From NCBI GenBank assembly GCA_037142475.1, contig JBAXAR010000001.1:4059-68058 (forward strand): a stretch of DNA of 64,000 nucleotides, in the 5' to 3' direction. Source of the DNA: Actinomycetes bacterium. Lineage in GTDB: Bacteria; Actinomycetota; Acidimicrobiia; Acidimicrobiales; RAAP-2. A program made the position numbers and the translations under genes. Below are positions 46,926 through 55,522 of the stretch, in pieces (position 1 is the first letter of the stretch; each line of letters starts with the position of its first letter). Under the pieces are notes generated by a model. The model was not told the origin of the DNA. It searched no databases and saw nothing but the letters and a program-made list of their open reading frames with translations.

Positions 46926-49028
46926 TCAGCGAGTGGTCCGAGAAAGTGCTGCCCTGAGTTGCTGGCTGAGAGCTGGAGCGATGTAGCTGGAGAACAGTGA
47001 GGTCAGGTGGTAGCGGCCCTCATAGACAATCCGGTGATTCACGATCACCGGACATGTTGTCGTGGTGCAGAACAGTGACGCGACCGGGATGAACGGGGCT
47101 CCGGCCCTCGTGGCACCTCTCCGGATGGCCGCGTGGAATGCTCCGAAGCTCCGCTCGAGCGTGACGACTGGAAGGTTGCACGTCGCGAGGGAATCAGGGC
47201 GCTCCACGATGCACTCGACCGGCTGCGGGCCCGTCCACGCTCGATCAAACCAAGGGATCGAACCGAGGACCGCGGAGGTCGTCGTGTGGCCGGAAAGCGA
47301 CGTGAGGAGTCGCCGGAGTCCGGCTTCATCGCCAGCCGGTGTTCCCGTAGCGCTCGGTGCCCCGGTGATGACCACTAGGTCTGGGGCGAGTGCATCAATT
47401 TGACGGGCTGCATAGGCATGAAACTGTTGACATGGCACACCGGATGCACCGGATTGGTTGGGCGTCAGCCACGGCGGACAGCCGGGCACCGCCAGCACCA
47501 CGACCTTCCAATGATCACTCCGACCAAGGTCAATGAAGGCACTCGACCACGTGAGCGCCTGCGAGTCTCCGAGGAGCACCATCGTTCGCGTGGCGCGAAG
47601 GTCGCCAACGATGCACGGAGGCGATGCCGTCATGGAAGCGACAGCGGCGACGCAGGCGTCAGAGAGCAGCGGCGAGTGAAGCGGCGCCGAGGGGACTGAG
47701 GTGGGAGCGGGGGCCAGGGCGTAGGGGACCGTGTTCTCGGAAGCTGCCGTGGCGATCTGCTTGGAGAGCACACCGGCGCCAACATGGTCGGGCTTGGGAA
47801 CAACAGTGGTCCCGGTGGTTCCCGAGTGGGACTCGATCAGCAGTGTGCATGCGAGGAGCGTCATGGTAATCAGGACTGCCCCGAGGCCAACGCTGAGACC
47901 AGGGCGCCGTGCCAGCGATCGCCAATGACGAATCGGGTTCTCGATGAGAGTCCGGGTGATCACGGCCAGCACAACGGCGATCCCGATCAGAGCGGCTCGC
48001 TCTGTCCAGCGAAGCGGGTGATCCGACTGCTGGGTAGCGAACACCAGCAGCGGAAAATGCCACAGGTAGAGGGCATAAGAAATCTCACCGCCACGAAGTC
48101 CCAGCCACGAACCCAGCATGAGTTCTGCCCCGAAGCGAGGAGCCACGAGGCCACCGGCGATCACCAGACCGGTGGCGGCGACCGGGAGGATGACGGCGAC
48201 TCCTGGATACGGCGTCGCTGCCGTGAAATGCACTGCGGCCAGTCCCACGCCACCGAGGCCAACCCATGTGGCCACGGCGGCCACTGACGAAGGGACGCGA
48301 CGCACGATGGGGGCCGAAAGCGCTATCAGAGCACCGAGGGCAAGTTCCCAGGCGCGGGTAAACGGAGAGAAGAACGCCACAATCGGGGATGAGGTGGTTT
48401 GAACGATGCTGAGCGCGAGTGACCCAGTGATCACCACGGCCAGCATCGCCACCAGCCCTCCGTGGCGCCGTCGGGCGATCACTAGCCCGGCCGCACCAGC
48501 GAAGAGCAGAGGGAAGACGAAATAGAACTGCTCCTCGACGGCTAGCGACCAGTAATGCAGGAGCGGTGACACCGTCCCTTGCGCTCCGAAGTAACTCGTC
48601 CCAACCCACGCTGCGTGGAAGTTGGCGAGGAAGACCGCCGTCCAGCGCCCGTCGACCGCCACCTCGTTGCCGCGGAGGAATCCTTGGAAGTGGTAGGTCG
48701 CGAGAACGGTGGCGATGAGAACAACGGTGGCGGCTGGAAGGATCCTTCTCGCTCGACGCGCCCAAAACCCGAGCAGCGACGTCCGACCAGTCTCGGTCCG
48801 CTCACGGAGAAGCAGGCCGGTGATGACAAACCCGGAAATAACAAAGAAGACGTCGACGCCTACGAAACCGCCAGTGATGATCGGCGCCTTCGCGTGATAG
48901 GCGATGACCAGTCCAACCGCCACGGCTCGGAGGCCTTGGACGTCAGGGCGGAATGCCCGGTCTGCGGGCGGGGTACCTTTCTCGTCGCCGTCTCCGAGAA
49001 GTCGGGTCGTTCCCGCCGAGATGCTCAT
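46926..49028 (-). CDS. acyltransferase-3 (OafA/OatA-like) membrane protein with a C-terminal SGNH domain
   Basis: RPDVQGLRAVAVGLVIAYHA is the AT3 signature. About 10 TM segments are followed by an extracytoplasmic domain with LLGDSQA (a GDS block). Confidence 0.8.
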   Translation of the reverse strand: MSISAGTTRLLGDGDEKGTPPADRAFRPDVQGLRAVAVGLVIAYHAKAPIITGGFVGVDVFFVISGFVITGLLLRERTETGRTSLLGFWARRARRILPAATVVLIATVLATYHFQGFLRGNEVAVDGRWTAVFLANFHAAWVGTSYFGAQGTVSPLLHYWSLAVEEQFYFVFPLLFAGAAGLVIARRRHGGLVAMLAVVITGSLALSIVQTTSSPIVAFFSPFTRAWELALGALIALSAPIVRRVPSSVAAVATWVGLGGVGLAAVHFTAATPYPGVAVILPVAATGLVIAGGLVAPRFGAELMLGSWLGLRGGEISYALYLWHFPLLVFATQQSDHPLRWTERAALIGIAVVLAVITRTLIENPIRHWRSLARRPGLSVGLGAVLITMTLLACTLLIESHSGTTGTTVVPKPDHVGAGVLSKQIATAASENTVPYALAPAPTSVPSAPLHSPLLSDACVAAVASMTASPPCIVGDLRATRTMVLLGDSQALTWSSAFIDLGRSDHWKVVVLAVPGCPPWLTPNQSGASGVPCQQFHAYAARQIDALAPDLVVITGAPSATGTPAGDEAGLRRLLTSLSGHTTTSAVLGSIPWFDRAWTGPQPVECIVERPDSLATCNLPVVTLERSFGAFHAAIRRGATRAGAPFIPVASLFCTTTTCPVIVNHRIVYEGRYHLTSLFSSYIAPALSQQLRAALSRTTR

Positions 49029-49091
49029 CAGTCGCTGACGCTACCAACCGCCACCCAGCGACATCGGCTCAGGTGGTGACCGTGCTTCGTC

Positions 49092-51476
49092 CTAGGTGTG
49101 TTCGCCGTCGTGGTGGGTGGCCCCGGCCACGAGTTCATAGTCAGGGTTCAAGATGGCGAGTCCTTGGTGCCACGATCCGACCATGCCCTCGACGACGAGC
49201 CGGGCTCCCGGCTCAATACCCGGGATCGTAGGCCGGCCTTGGAAGACGAGCATGAGCGATCCCGTCCCGTCGGAGATGGTGCACTCGAGATTCGAGGCAC
49301 CTTCTCCGGTCTGGACCCTGACTGACTTGATCCGACCCGCCACCTTTGCCCGGCTCCGCCACTGGGCATCGGCAATGGCCATGGAGCCGCCCGCTCGCTC
49401 TCGCAGTCTCTCGTCGGCCGGCAGGACGTCCATCTCTGGCGTGCTGCCCCATGCCCGACCCTCTTCCTCTTCGGCTTCGAGCGACGTCGTCAACTCGAAA
49501 TCAGCCAGGTTGTAGGGAATGATCGTGGCGCTCACGTCTGGGACAACCGCCACCGCTGCGGCGATCGAGTCAGCAGTCCGATCGTGGAGGATGCGGCTGA
49601 GGCGCGAGGCGAATGACCGGCGGGGGAGCAAGACGGTGCACTCGGTGTCACCATCGGACACTGCATCTGCCACCAGCTCGATCGACGCCCGCTCCAGCCG
49701 GCGATCAGGGCATTCGATGATGTCAAGGGGGAGCCACTTCGGACCGAATTCGGCCCAGCGGTCCTGCAAGTCCCGCGTCACCTTCGGGTCAATGTCGAAG
49801 TGCACTGCTCGGGCATTCTGCGAGAGTGTCCGCGCATACGAGAGGGCCCGTGCGGTGGCGAGGTCGAACGAGTCGACAAGGACGATCGCCACATGGCGGC
49901 GACGGGGCCGCACCATGAATCCTTCGGGACCCTGAGACCGCAGAGCGTTGTCCTCTTCCTCGTACTGACGGTGCAACCGGATCAACGCCAAGTAGAGCAG
50001 TGGTCCGATGACCACGACGATCCACGCACCCTCCTGGAACTTGGCCAGCATGAAGATCACGACAACGACCATCGAGATCCCACCAGATACCCCGTTGATC
50101 ACCACTCCCCGGCGCCAGCGCGGGTTCTCCTTGCGATTCAGGTGGTGTTTCACCATGCCGAACCCCGCCATGGTGAATCCGGTGAACACCCCGATCGCGT
50201 AGAGCGAGACCAGACCGGTCACCTTGGCATCGAAAGCCAGGACAAGAGCAATGGCCACGACCCCGAGGACCATCACTGCGTTTGAGAATGCCAGGCGGTG
50301 GCCGCGCTTGCGCATCTGTCGAGGAAGGAACTGGTCCCCGGCCACGAAGTTCGCCAGGAATGGAAAACCATTAAACGATGTGTTGCCACCGGCGTAGAGG
50401 ATCAGAAGCGTGGCCAGCTGGGCCACATAGAAGAAGATCTGACCGAAGGGTCCGGAGCCCAGCACTGCCTTGATCTCCTGAGAGACCACCGTCGGCGTTC
50501 CCGCCGCATACGGAACGGCGTGAGTCCAGCTGGCCAGAAGTGAGGTTCCAAGCACCAAGAAGGCCAGAACACAACTCATGAGGATCAAGGTCTGGCGGGC
50601 TTGGGTCGTCTCGGGCTTCCGGAAAGAAGCGACACCATCGCTGATGGCCTCAAGACCGGTCAGAGAGGACCCGCCGTTGGCGAAACAACGGAGGAGCTGG
50701 ATATAGGCCAAGCCCATCAGCCACCCTGTCCCCTCTGATCCGAATCGGCCGCCCACCAACACTGAGGGGTCCGGGATGGGGAGGACGTGGAGCGTCCCGG
50801 AGAACTCTTTGTACACCCCGAGGAGAATGACGATGGCCAGCGTCAGGATGTAAAAGTAGGTCGGGAAGGCGAAGATTTTCCCCGCCTCCTTGATGCCGCG
50901 AAGGTTCCCGTAGATCAAAAGGAGAACGACCGTCACGGTGATCTCGACCGTGAACGGGGCAAGCGACGGCAGCGCAGACGTCAGCGCAGCCGTTCCTGCT
51001 GAGGACTGCACCGCAACGGTGACGGTGTAATCAATGAGCAAAGCGACCGCAGCGATCTGAGCGATCTTGTAACCAAAATTGTCGCGGGCCACGACATAGG
51101 AACCGCCGAATTTCGTGTAGGTCCCAATCACATCGAAGTACGAAAGGGTCACGAAAAACAGAACGCCGATGATCGCCATCGTGACGGGGACCACCAGCGT
51201 GAAGGCGGCCAGCCCGACAAAGGGGGTCAGCTGGGTCAACATCTGTTCTGCGCCGTAGGCCGAGGATGAGATGCAGTCAGGGGCCAAGACTCCAAGCGCC
51301 ACGGGCTTGCTGAGACGCTCGGACTCGAGCTGCTCGGTGATCAGAGGAGGGCCAAAGAAGATGTTCTTGAGCCGGTAGCCGAGTGTCTCGGGAAATTTGC
51401 GGGCCAAGTCCTTGGTGAGGGACCTCGTGGGGGTGAGACGGGCCGTCGCTGCGTCAAGGGGTTCGGGTGACTCCAT
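49092..51476 (-). CDS. APC-superfamily permease with a large cytoplasmic C-terminal region ending in an OB-fold
   Basis: About 12 TM segments (SSSAYGAEQ... typical of the family next to trkA in actinobacteria). The ~300-aa soluble region ends VAGRIKSVRVQ...LECTISDGTGSLMLVFQGRPTIPGIEPGARLVVEG...ILNPDYELV. Confidence 0.75.
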   Translation of the reverse strand: MESPEPLDAATARLTPTRSLTKDLARKFPETLGYRLKNIFFGPPLITEQLESERLSKPVALGVLAPDCISSSAYGAEQMLTQLTPFVGLAAFTLVVPVTMAIIGVLFFVTLSYFDVIGTYTKFGGSYVVARDNFGYKIAQIAAVALLIDYTVTVAVQSSAGTAALTSALPSLAPFTVEITVTVVLLLIYGNLRGIKEAGKIFAFPTYFYILTLAIVILLGVYKEFSGTLHVLPIPDPSVLVGGRFGSEGTGWLMGLAYIQLLRCFANGGSSLTGLEAISDGVASFRKPETTQARQTLILMSCVLAFLVLGTSLLASWTHAVPYAAGTPTVVSQEIKAVLGSGPFGQIFFYVAQLATLLILYAGGNTSFNGFPFLANFVAGDQFLPRQMRKRGHRLAFSNAVMVLGVVAIALVLAFDAKVTGLVSLYAIGVFTGFTMAGFGMVKHHLNRKENPRWRRGVVINGVSGGISMVVVVIFMLAKFQEGAWIVVVIGPLLYLALIRLHRQYEEEDNALRSQGPEGFMVRPRRRHVAIVLVDSFDLATARALSYARTLSQNARAVHFDIDPKVTRDLQDRWAEFGPKWLPLDIIECPDRRLERASIELVADAVSDGDTECTVLLPRRSFASRLSRILHDRTADSIAAAVAVVPDVSATIIPYNLADFELTTSLEAEEEEGRAWGSTPEMDVLPADERLRERAGGSMAIADAQWRSRAKVAGRIKSVRVQTGEGASNLECTISDGTGSLMLVFQGRPTIPGIEPGARLVVEGMVGSWHQGLAILNPDYELVAGATHHDGEHT

Positions 51477-51588
51477 CGCACCAATCTAGGCCCGAGAAAG
51501 ATCGAGAACGGCCCTGACGGCGAACCGCTCAGAAGAATCTTCCAGGCCTCACGTTGCGCGCGACGCTCTGACGTGGTGGGATCAGGAG

Positions 51589-52245
51589 ATGAAGGTCGTC
51601 ATTATCGGCTGTGGCCGAGTCGGATCAGGCTTGGCCAATGAGCTCTCAGATGAAGGCCACGACGTTGTCGTCATCGACAAGCTTCAGCGAGCGTTCCGGC
51701 GCTTGAATCCCGGTTACTCGGGACGCACCATCGTGGGATCAGGCTTTGATCGAGATGCGCTTGCGGCCGCGGGTGCTCACGATGCCGATGCGCTTGCGGC
51801 AGTGACCAGCGGCGACAACTCAAACATCCTGTGCGCTCGCATCGCTCGAGAGAACTATCAAATCGCCAATGTGGTCGCCCGAATTTACGATCCTCGGCGC
51901 GCCGAGATCTACCAGCGACTCGGGATCCCTACCGTGGCCACGGTGACCTGGACCATCGATCAGGTTCGACGCTGGCTCCTCCCCTCCGATGCACCTGCTT
52001 CATGGAGCGATGCATCAGGAACCCTCCATGTCACCGAGCTGGCCCTCCCGGCCGGGTGGGCTGGTCGCCCGCTGGCCGACATCGAGATCCCCGGCAAAGT
52101 ACGACTCATCGGCGTGAACCGAGCAGGAACAGTGAGACTCAACGCCACGGAGTTGGTCGGCCAAGAACGTGACCTTCTTCAGATCGCCATCATCGCCGGC
52201 GTTGAAGAGGAGTTCTTGAGTTTTCTCGGAGGGTCGGACGCATGA
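51589..52245 (+). CDS. trkA: TrkA-family K+ transport regulatory protein (RCK N+C)
   Basis: MKVVIIGCGRVGSGLA Rossmann motif plus a TrkA_C domain. Confidence 0.85.
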   Translation: MKVVIIGCGRVGSGLANELSDEGHDVVVIDKLQRAFRRLNPGYSGRTIVGSGFDRDALAAAGAHDADALAAVTSGDNSNILCARIARENYQIANVVARIYDPRRAEIYQRLGIPTVATVTWTIDQVRRWLLPSDAPASWSDASGTLHVTELALPAGWAGRPLADIEIPGKVRLIGVNRAGTVRLNATELVGQERDLLQIAIIAGVEEEFLSFLGGSDA

Positions 52246-52907
52246 AGGTGATCGTTGCAGGAGCCGGGTCGGTCGGTGTCGCCATCGCTTCTGATCTCAC
52301 CGCCAAGGGATACGACGTGGTCCTCATGGAACAAGATCAGGCGACCGCAGAGCGACTGTCGTCCACCCCAGAATTGACCTTGTTCTTGGGCGATGCCTGT
52401 GAGGTCGCTTCACTCCAAAGTGCTGGGGTTGGTCAAGCCGATGTCGTGGTTGCCGCCACCGGAGACGACGAGGACAACCTTGTGATCTCCCTGCTTGCGA
52501 AGCAGGAATTCGCCGTGCCTCGCGTCGTCGCTCGAGTGAACAACTCGAAGAACCAATGGCTCTTCAACGAGAGTTGGGGGGTCGACGTGTCCGTCTCGAC
52601 TCCCCAGCAACTGACCGCCCTGGTTGAGGAGGCCGTGTCGGTTGGATCGATCGTCCGACTCCTGGCTTTCGAGCGGGGTGCTGCGAACCTCATCGAGGTG
52701 ACGTTGGCCGACGACTCCCCCGCCCTCAGCGCTCCAGTTGCCGACTTGGAGTTCCCTCGGGAGGCCACCATCGTGGCTATCGTCCGAGACCATCGCTTGA
52801 TTGTTCCAAAGGGGGACACCCTCCTCGCCGTCGGCGACGAGGTGCTCGTGCTTGTCACCGAAGAAGCCGAAGAGGTCGTCCAGAGGATTCTCATCGGACC
52901 TCGCTGA
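52242..52907 (+). CDS. trkA: TrkA-family K+ transport regulatory protein (second paralogue)
   Basis: MKVIVAGAGSVGVAIA Rossmann motif plus a TrkA_C domain. Its start overlaps the preceding stop. Confidence 0.85.
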   Translation: MKVIVAGAGSVGVAIASDLTAKGYDVVLMEQDQATAERLSSTPELTLFLGDACEVASLQSAGVGQADVVVAATGDDEDNLVISLLAKQEFAVPRVVARVNNSKNQWLFNESWGVDVSVSTPQQLTALVEEAVSVGSIVRLLAFERGAANLIEVTLADDSPALSAPVADLEFPREATIVAIVRDHRLIVPKGDTLLAVGDEVLVLVTEEAEEVVQRILIGPR

Positions 52908-52952
52908 GACGCTTTTCAGCAAGGGTGACGAGGCGCCGCGATCGCGGCCCTC

Positions 52953-53774
52953 TTGGTGCGTACAGTTGAGAAGGTGAGTGCGGCCTTCTTTGATCTCGAC
53001 AAAACGGTGATTGCCAAGGCATCCATCGTGGCGTTCGGGCGACCTCTTCGCCGTGAGGGCCTCATCACAAGGCGAACCATCGCTCGGGCCGTGACCCAAC
53101 AGTTGATCTTCCTGCAATTTGGTGCCGACGAGGAACGTCTCGAAAAAGTCCGGACGTCAATGTTGCAGCTCACGCGTGGCTGGGACCGCAACCAAGTCAC
53201 CGCCATCGTTCGTGAGACCCTCATCGAGACCATCGAGCCGTTGATCTATGCCGAGGCTCTCGAGCTCATGGAAGAGCACCGACAGCGCGGTGACCGGATC
53301 TACATCGTCTCTGCGGCTCCAGAGGAAATCGTGCTCCCCCTCGCTGAGTTGCTCGGCGTCGACGGCGCCCTCGCCAGTCGTGGAGAGATCGATGATCAAG
53401 ACCGCTACACCGGCGAGATGGCCTTCTACTGCTACGGGCCGAACAAGGCAATCGCGATCGCAGATCTCGCCGAGCGCACGGGAATCGATCTCGCGAAATG
53501 CAGTGCGTACTCAGACTCGGCCACCGATATCCCGATGCTGGAGGTCGTGGGGCACCCTCACGCCGTCAATCCAGACCGAGCACTCGCCAAGGTGGCCACT
53601 GAGCGAGGCTGGGAGATCTTGACGTTCTCCAAGCCCATCACCCTGCGTGACCGCATGACACTCCGCGCTCCGATTGTGACCGGTGGGATCGCCCTCGCTG
53701 GCGCTCTGGCGCTGGCGGTCTTCAAGGGTGCACGACGCCATAGCGGAAGCCATGGCATCAGGACCCCTGCCTAA
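52953..53774 (+). CDS. HAD-IB family hydrolase (SerB-like) with a C-terminal TM segment
   Basis: AAFFDLDKTVI (DxDxT), SAAPEE (motif II), SDSATDIPML (motif IV). The TTG/GTG start is uncertain by a few codons. Confidence 0.75.
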   Translation: MVRTVEKVSAAFFDLDKTVIAKASIVAFGRPLRREGLITRRTIARAVTQQLIFLQFGADEERLEKVRTSMLQLTRGWDRNQVTAIVRETLIETIEPLIYAEALELMEEHRQRGDRIYIVSAAPEEIVLPLAELLGVDGALASRGEIDDQDRYTGEMAFYCYGPNKAIAIADLAERTGIDLAKCSAYSDSATDIPMLEVVGHPHAVNPDRALAKVATERGWEILTFSKPITLRDRMTLRAPIVTGGIALAGALALAVFKGARRHSGSHGIRTPA

Positions 53775-53793
53775 TCGGCCTCGCGGCCGATGC

Positions 53794-53874
53794 TCAGGCT
53801 GTCGTGTCCCTGAGGCGCTTGGCGGCGATCAGGCCGATGGCAACGATAAGGGCGAGGATCAAGATCTTCTTCAT
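53794..53874 (-). CDS. possible 26-aa small membrane protein (MKKILILALIVAIGLIAAKRLRDTTA)
   Basis: It is below the ORF-track cutoff. The ATG is 17 nt after the sigma-factor stop. There is a single TM helix with a basic N-terminus and C-flank, and about 88% G/C at third codon positions. No clear SD. Confidence 0.35.
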   Translation of the reverse strand: MKKILILALIVAIGLIAAKRLRDTTA

Positions 53875-53891
53875 AGAGACGATCGTAGACC

Positions 53892-54827
53892 TCAGACGGT
53901 GAGCAGATCGCGGGCGCCGGTGTCCGACGAAGGGTGTCGGAGCTTTGACATTGCCCGAGCTTCAATCTGACGGATCCGCTCACGGGTCAGATTGAAGTGC
54001 TCTCCGACCTCTTCAAGGGTACGGGGCTCGCCCCGGTCAAGGCCGAAACGAAGGCGGAGAATCTCTCGCTCACGCTCATCAAGAGGTGAGAGGAGGCGCA
54101 GGATTTCGTCAGGAAGCAGAGCGACCGCAGCGACCTCAAACGGCGACTCCGCCGAACGGTCCTCCACGACGTCACCGAGCTCAGCATCCCCGTCTTCACG
54201 GAGTGGCTCCGAGAGCGAGAGTGGCTCTGCGCGGAACCGAAGGGCCTCGATCAACTTGTCCTCGGGCATCTCGACCTCGGCACCGAGCTCAGCCAGCGTG
54301 GCCGGACGGCCGTACTTGAGCTCAAGGCGAGCCTGGGCCTTCTGGACACGAGCAAGTGTGTCGCCAGCGTGCACTGGGAGTCGGATGGTCCGACCGGTAT
54401 TGGCGATACCCCGGGTGATGGCTTGGCGGATCCACCACGTGGCGTAGGTCGAAAACTTGAAGCCCTTACGCCAGTCGAACTTCTCGACAGCGTGCATCAG
54501 TCCGAGGTTTCCCTCTTGAATGAGGTCAAGCAGGGGAAGACCGGATGCCTGGTACTTCTTGGCGATCGAGACAACAAGACGAAGGTTCGACTGCACGAAG
54601 GTCTGCTGGGCATCCTCGCCACGCTTGGCTTCGATCTTGAGCTTGCGCTTCTCCGCCGCGGTCATCTTGCCGCCGGCCTCGACCTTCTCTCCGGCATCGC
54701 GGCCGGACTCGATCTGCTGGGCAAGGCGAACTTCGTCGTCCTTCGTCAGCAGTGGGTACTGGCCGATGTCCGTGAGGTACAGCCTGACGAGATCCTCGTC
54801 ATCACGTTCGATTCGTTCCTTCGCCAC
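53892..54827 (-). CDS. sigB: sigma-70 family RNA polymerase sigma factor, group 2 (SigB-like)
   Basis: DLVRLYLTDIG.YPLL, LIQEGNLGLMHAVEKFD..KGFKFSTYATWWIRQAITR and region 4.2 are present. At 311 aa it lacks the long region 1.1 of the primary sigma. Confidence 0.85.
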   Translation of the reverse strand: MAKERIERDDEDLVRLYLTDIGQYPLLTKDDEVRLAQQIESGRDAGEKVEAGGKMTAAEKRKLKIEAKRGEDAQQTFVQSNLRLVVSIAKKYQASGLPLLDLIQEGNLGLMHAVEKFDWRKGFKFSTYATWWIRQAITRGIANTGRTIRLPVHAGDTLARVQKAQARLELKYGRPATLAELGAEVEMPEDKLIEALRFRAEPLSLSEPLREDGDAELGDVVEDRSAESPFEVAAVALLPDEILRLLSPLDEREREILRLRFGLDRGEPRTLEEVGEHFNLTRERIRQIEARAMSKLRHPSSDTGARDLLTV

Positions 54828-54994
54828 AGTGCCTCGCGCCTTTCAACATCTGTCCGGGGGTGGGGAGCAACGAGTGTCGCCACGATCCCCCCGAATCGGT
54901 TCGCCATCTCAATCTCGTCTTCGACGAGTGCGACAACGCTCCTTGACCGCTTCCATTCTACCGATGAAGTCAAGGGTATTGACCAAAAGATGTT

Positions 54995-55522
54995 TTACGC
55001 ATTAAAGACACCCTCACCAAGCGGTGAAAGTACGTCGGCCATCTCGTCGCCCAAAGGGGTTTCCAAGGTACCGTGAGGGCCTGTGATCGCTGAGACCCGC
55101 TCAGTGATCTCGCCGAGATCGAGGCTGATCGCATCGAGCGATCGCCGAAGATTCCGCTCTGCCGCGATACTGCAACCTTCTGCGAGGTCAGCCACACTGG
55201 TCGCGAGGCGGGGGAGGACTTCGGATCGGTAGAGATCAGCGAGCGCCCCTGGACCTCTCGATGCTGCAATCTCGACTGCATGGCCGAACGCTCCTGCGTC
55301 AATAAGGGACTCCCGATCGATGCCGTCCCGCTTGGGAAGGTGGTCAAAGAGCACGTCGGCATGGTGTGCGTGAAGCATCGAAATCTCGTCAAGGGCGACC
55401 ACCAGTCCCGGGTCATTTTCATTGAGCGCTGACGCGCCAATTGAAGCGTGCAGGAGACGAGAGATCCCACAGAGCCGGCCGATGAGCACGGCGGTGACCG
55501 CGCCGTTCCGCCACACGGTCAT
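54995..55522 (-). CDS. hypothetical protein (predicted all-helical, acidic), translationally coupled to nadE
   Basis: The ATG overlaps the nadE stop (ATGA). Its composition looks coding-like compared with the alternative frame 54970..55470. No recognisable family. Confidence 0.55.
   Translation of the reverse strand: MTVWRNGAVTAVLIGRLCGISRLLHASIGASALNENDPGLVVALDEISMLHAHHADVLFDHLPKRDGIDRESLIDAGAFGHAVEIAASRGPGALADLYRSEVLPRLATSVADLAEGCSIAAERNLRRSLDAISLDLGEITERVSAITGPHGTLETPLGDEMADVLSPLGEGVFNA

Noticed and set aside
54970-55470. An alternative 166-aa minus-strand frame overlapping the nadE-coupled hypothetical protein.
   Set aside because: Its Ser/Arg/Trp-rich composition is unprotein-like and it has no start coupling. 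The 54995..55522 frame begins on the nadE stop and looks like a real protein.
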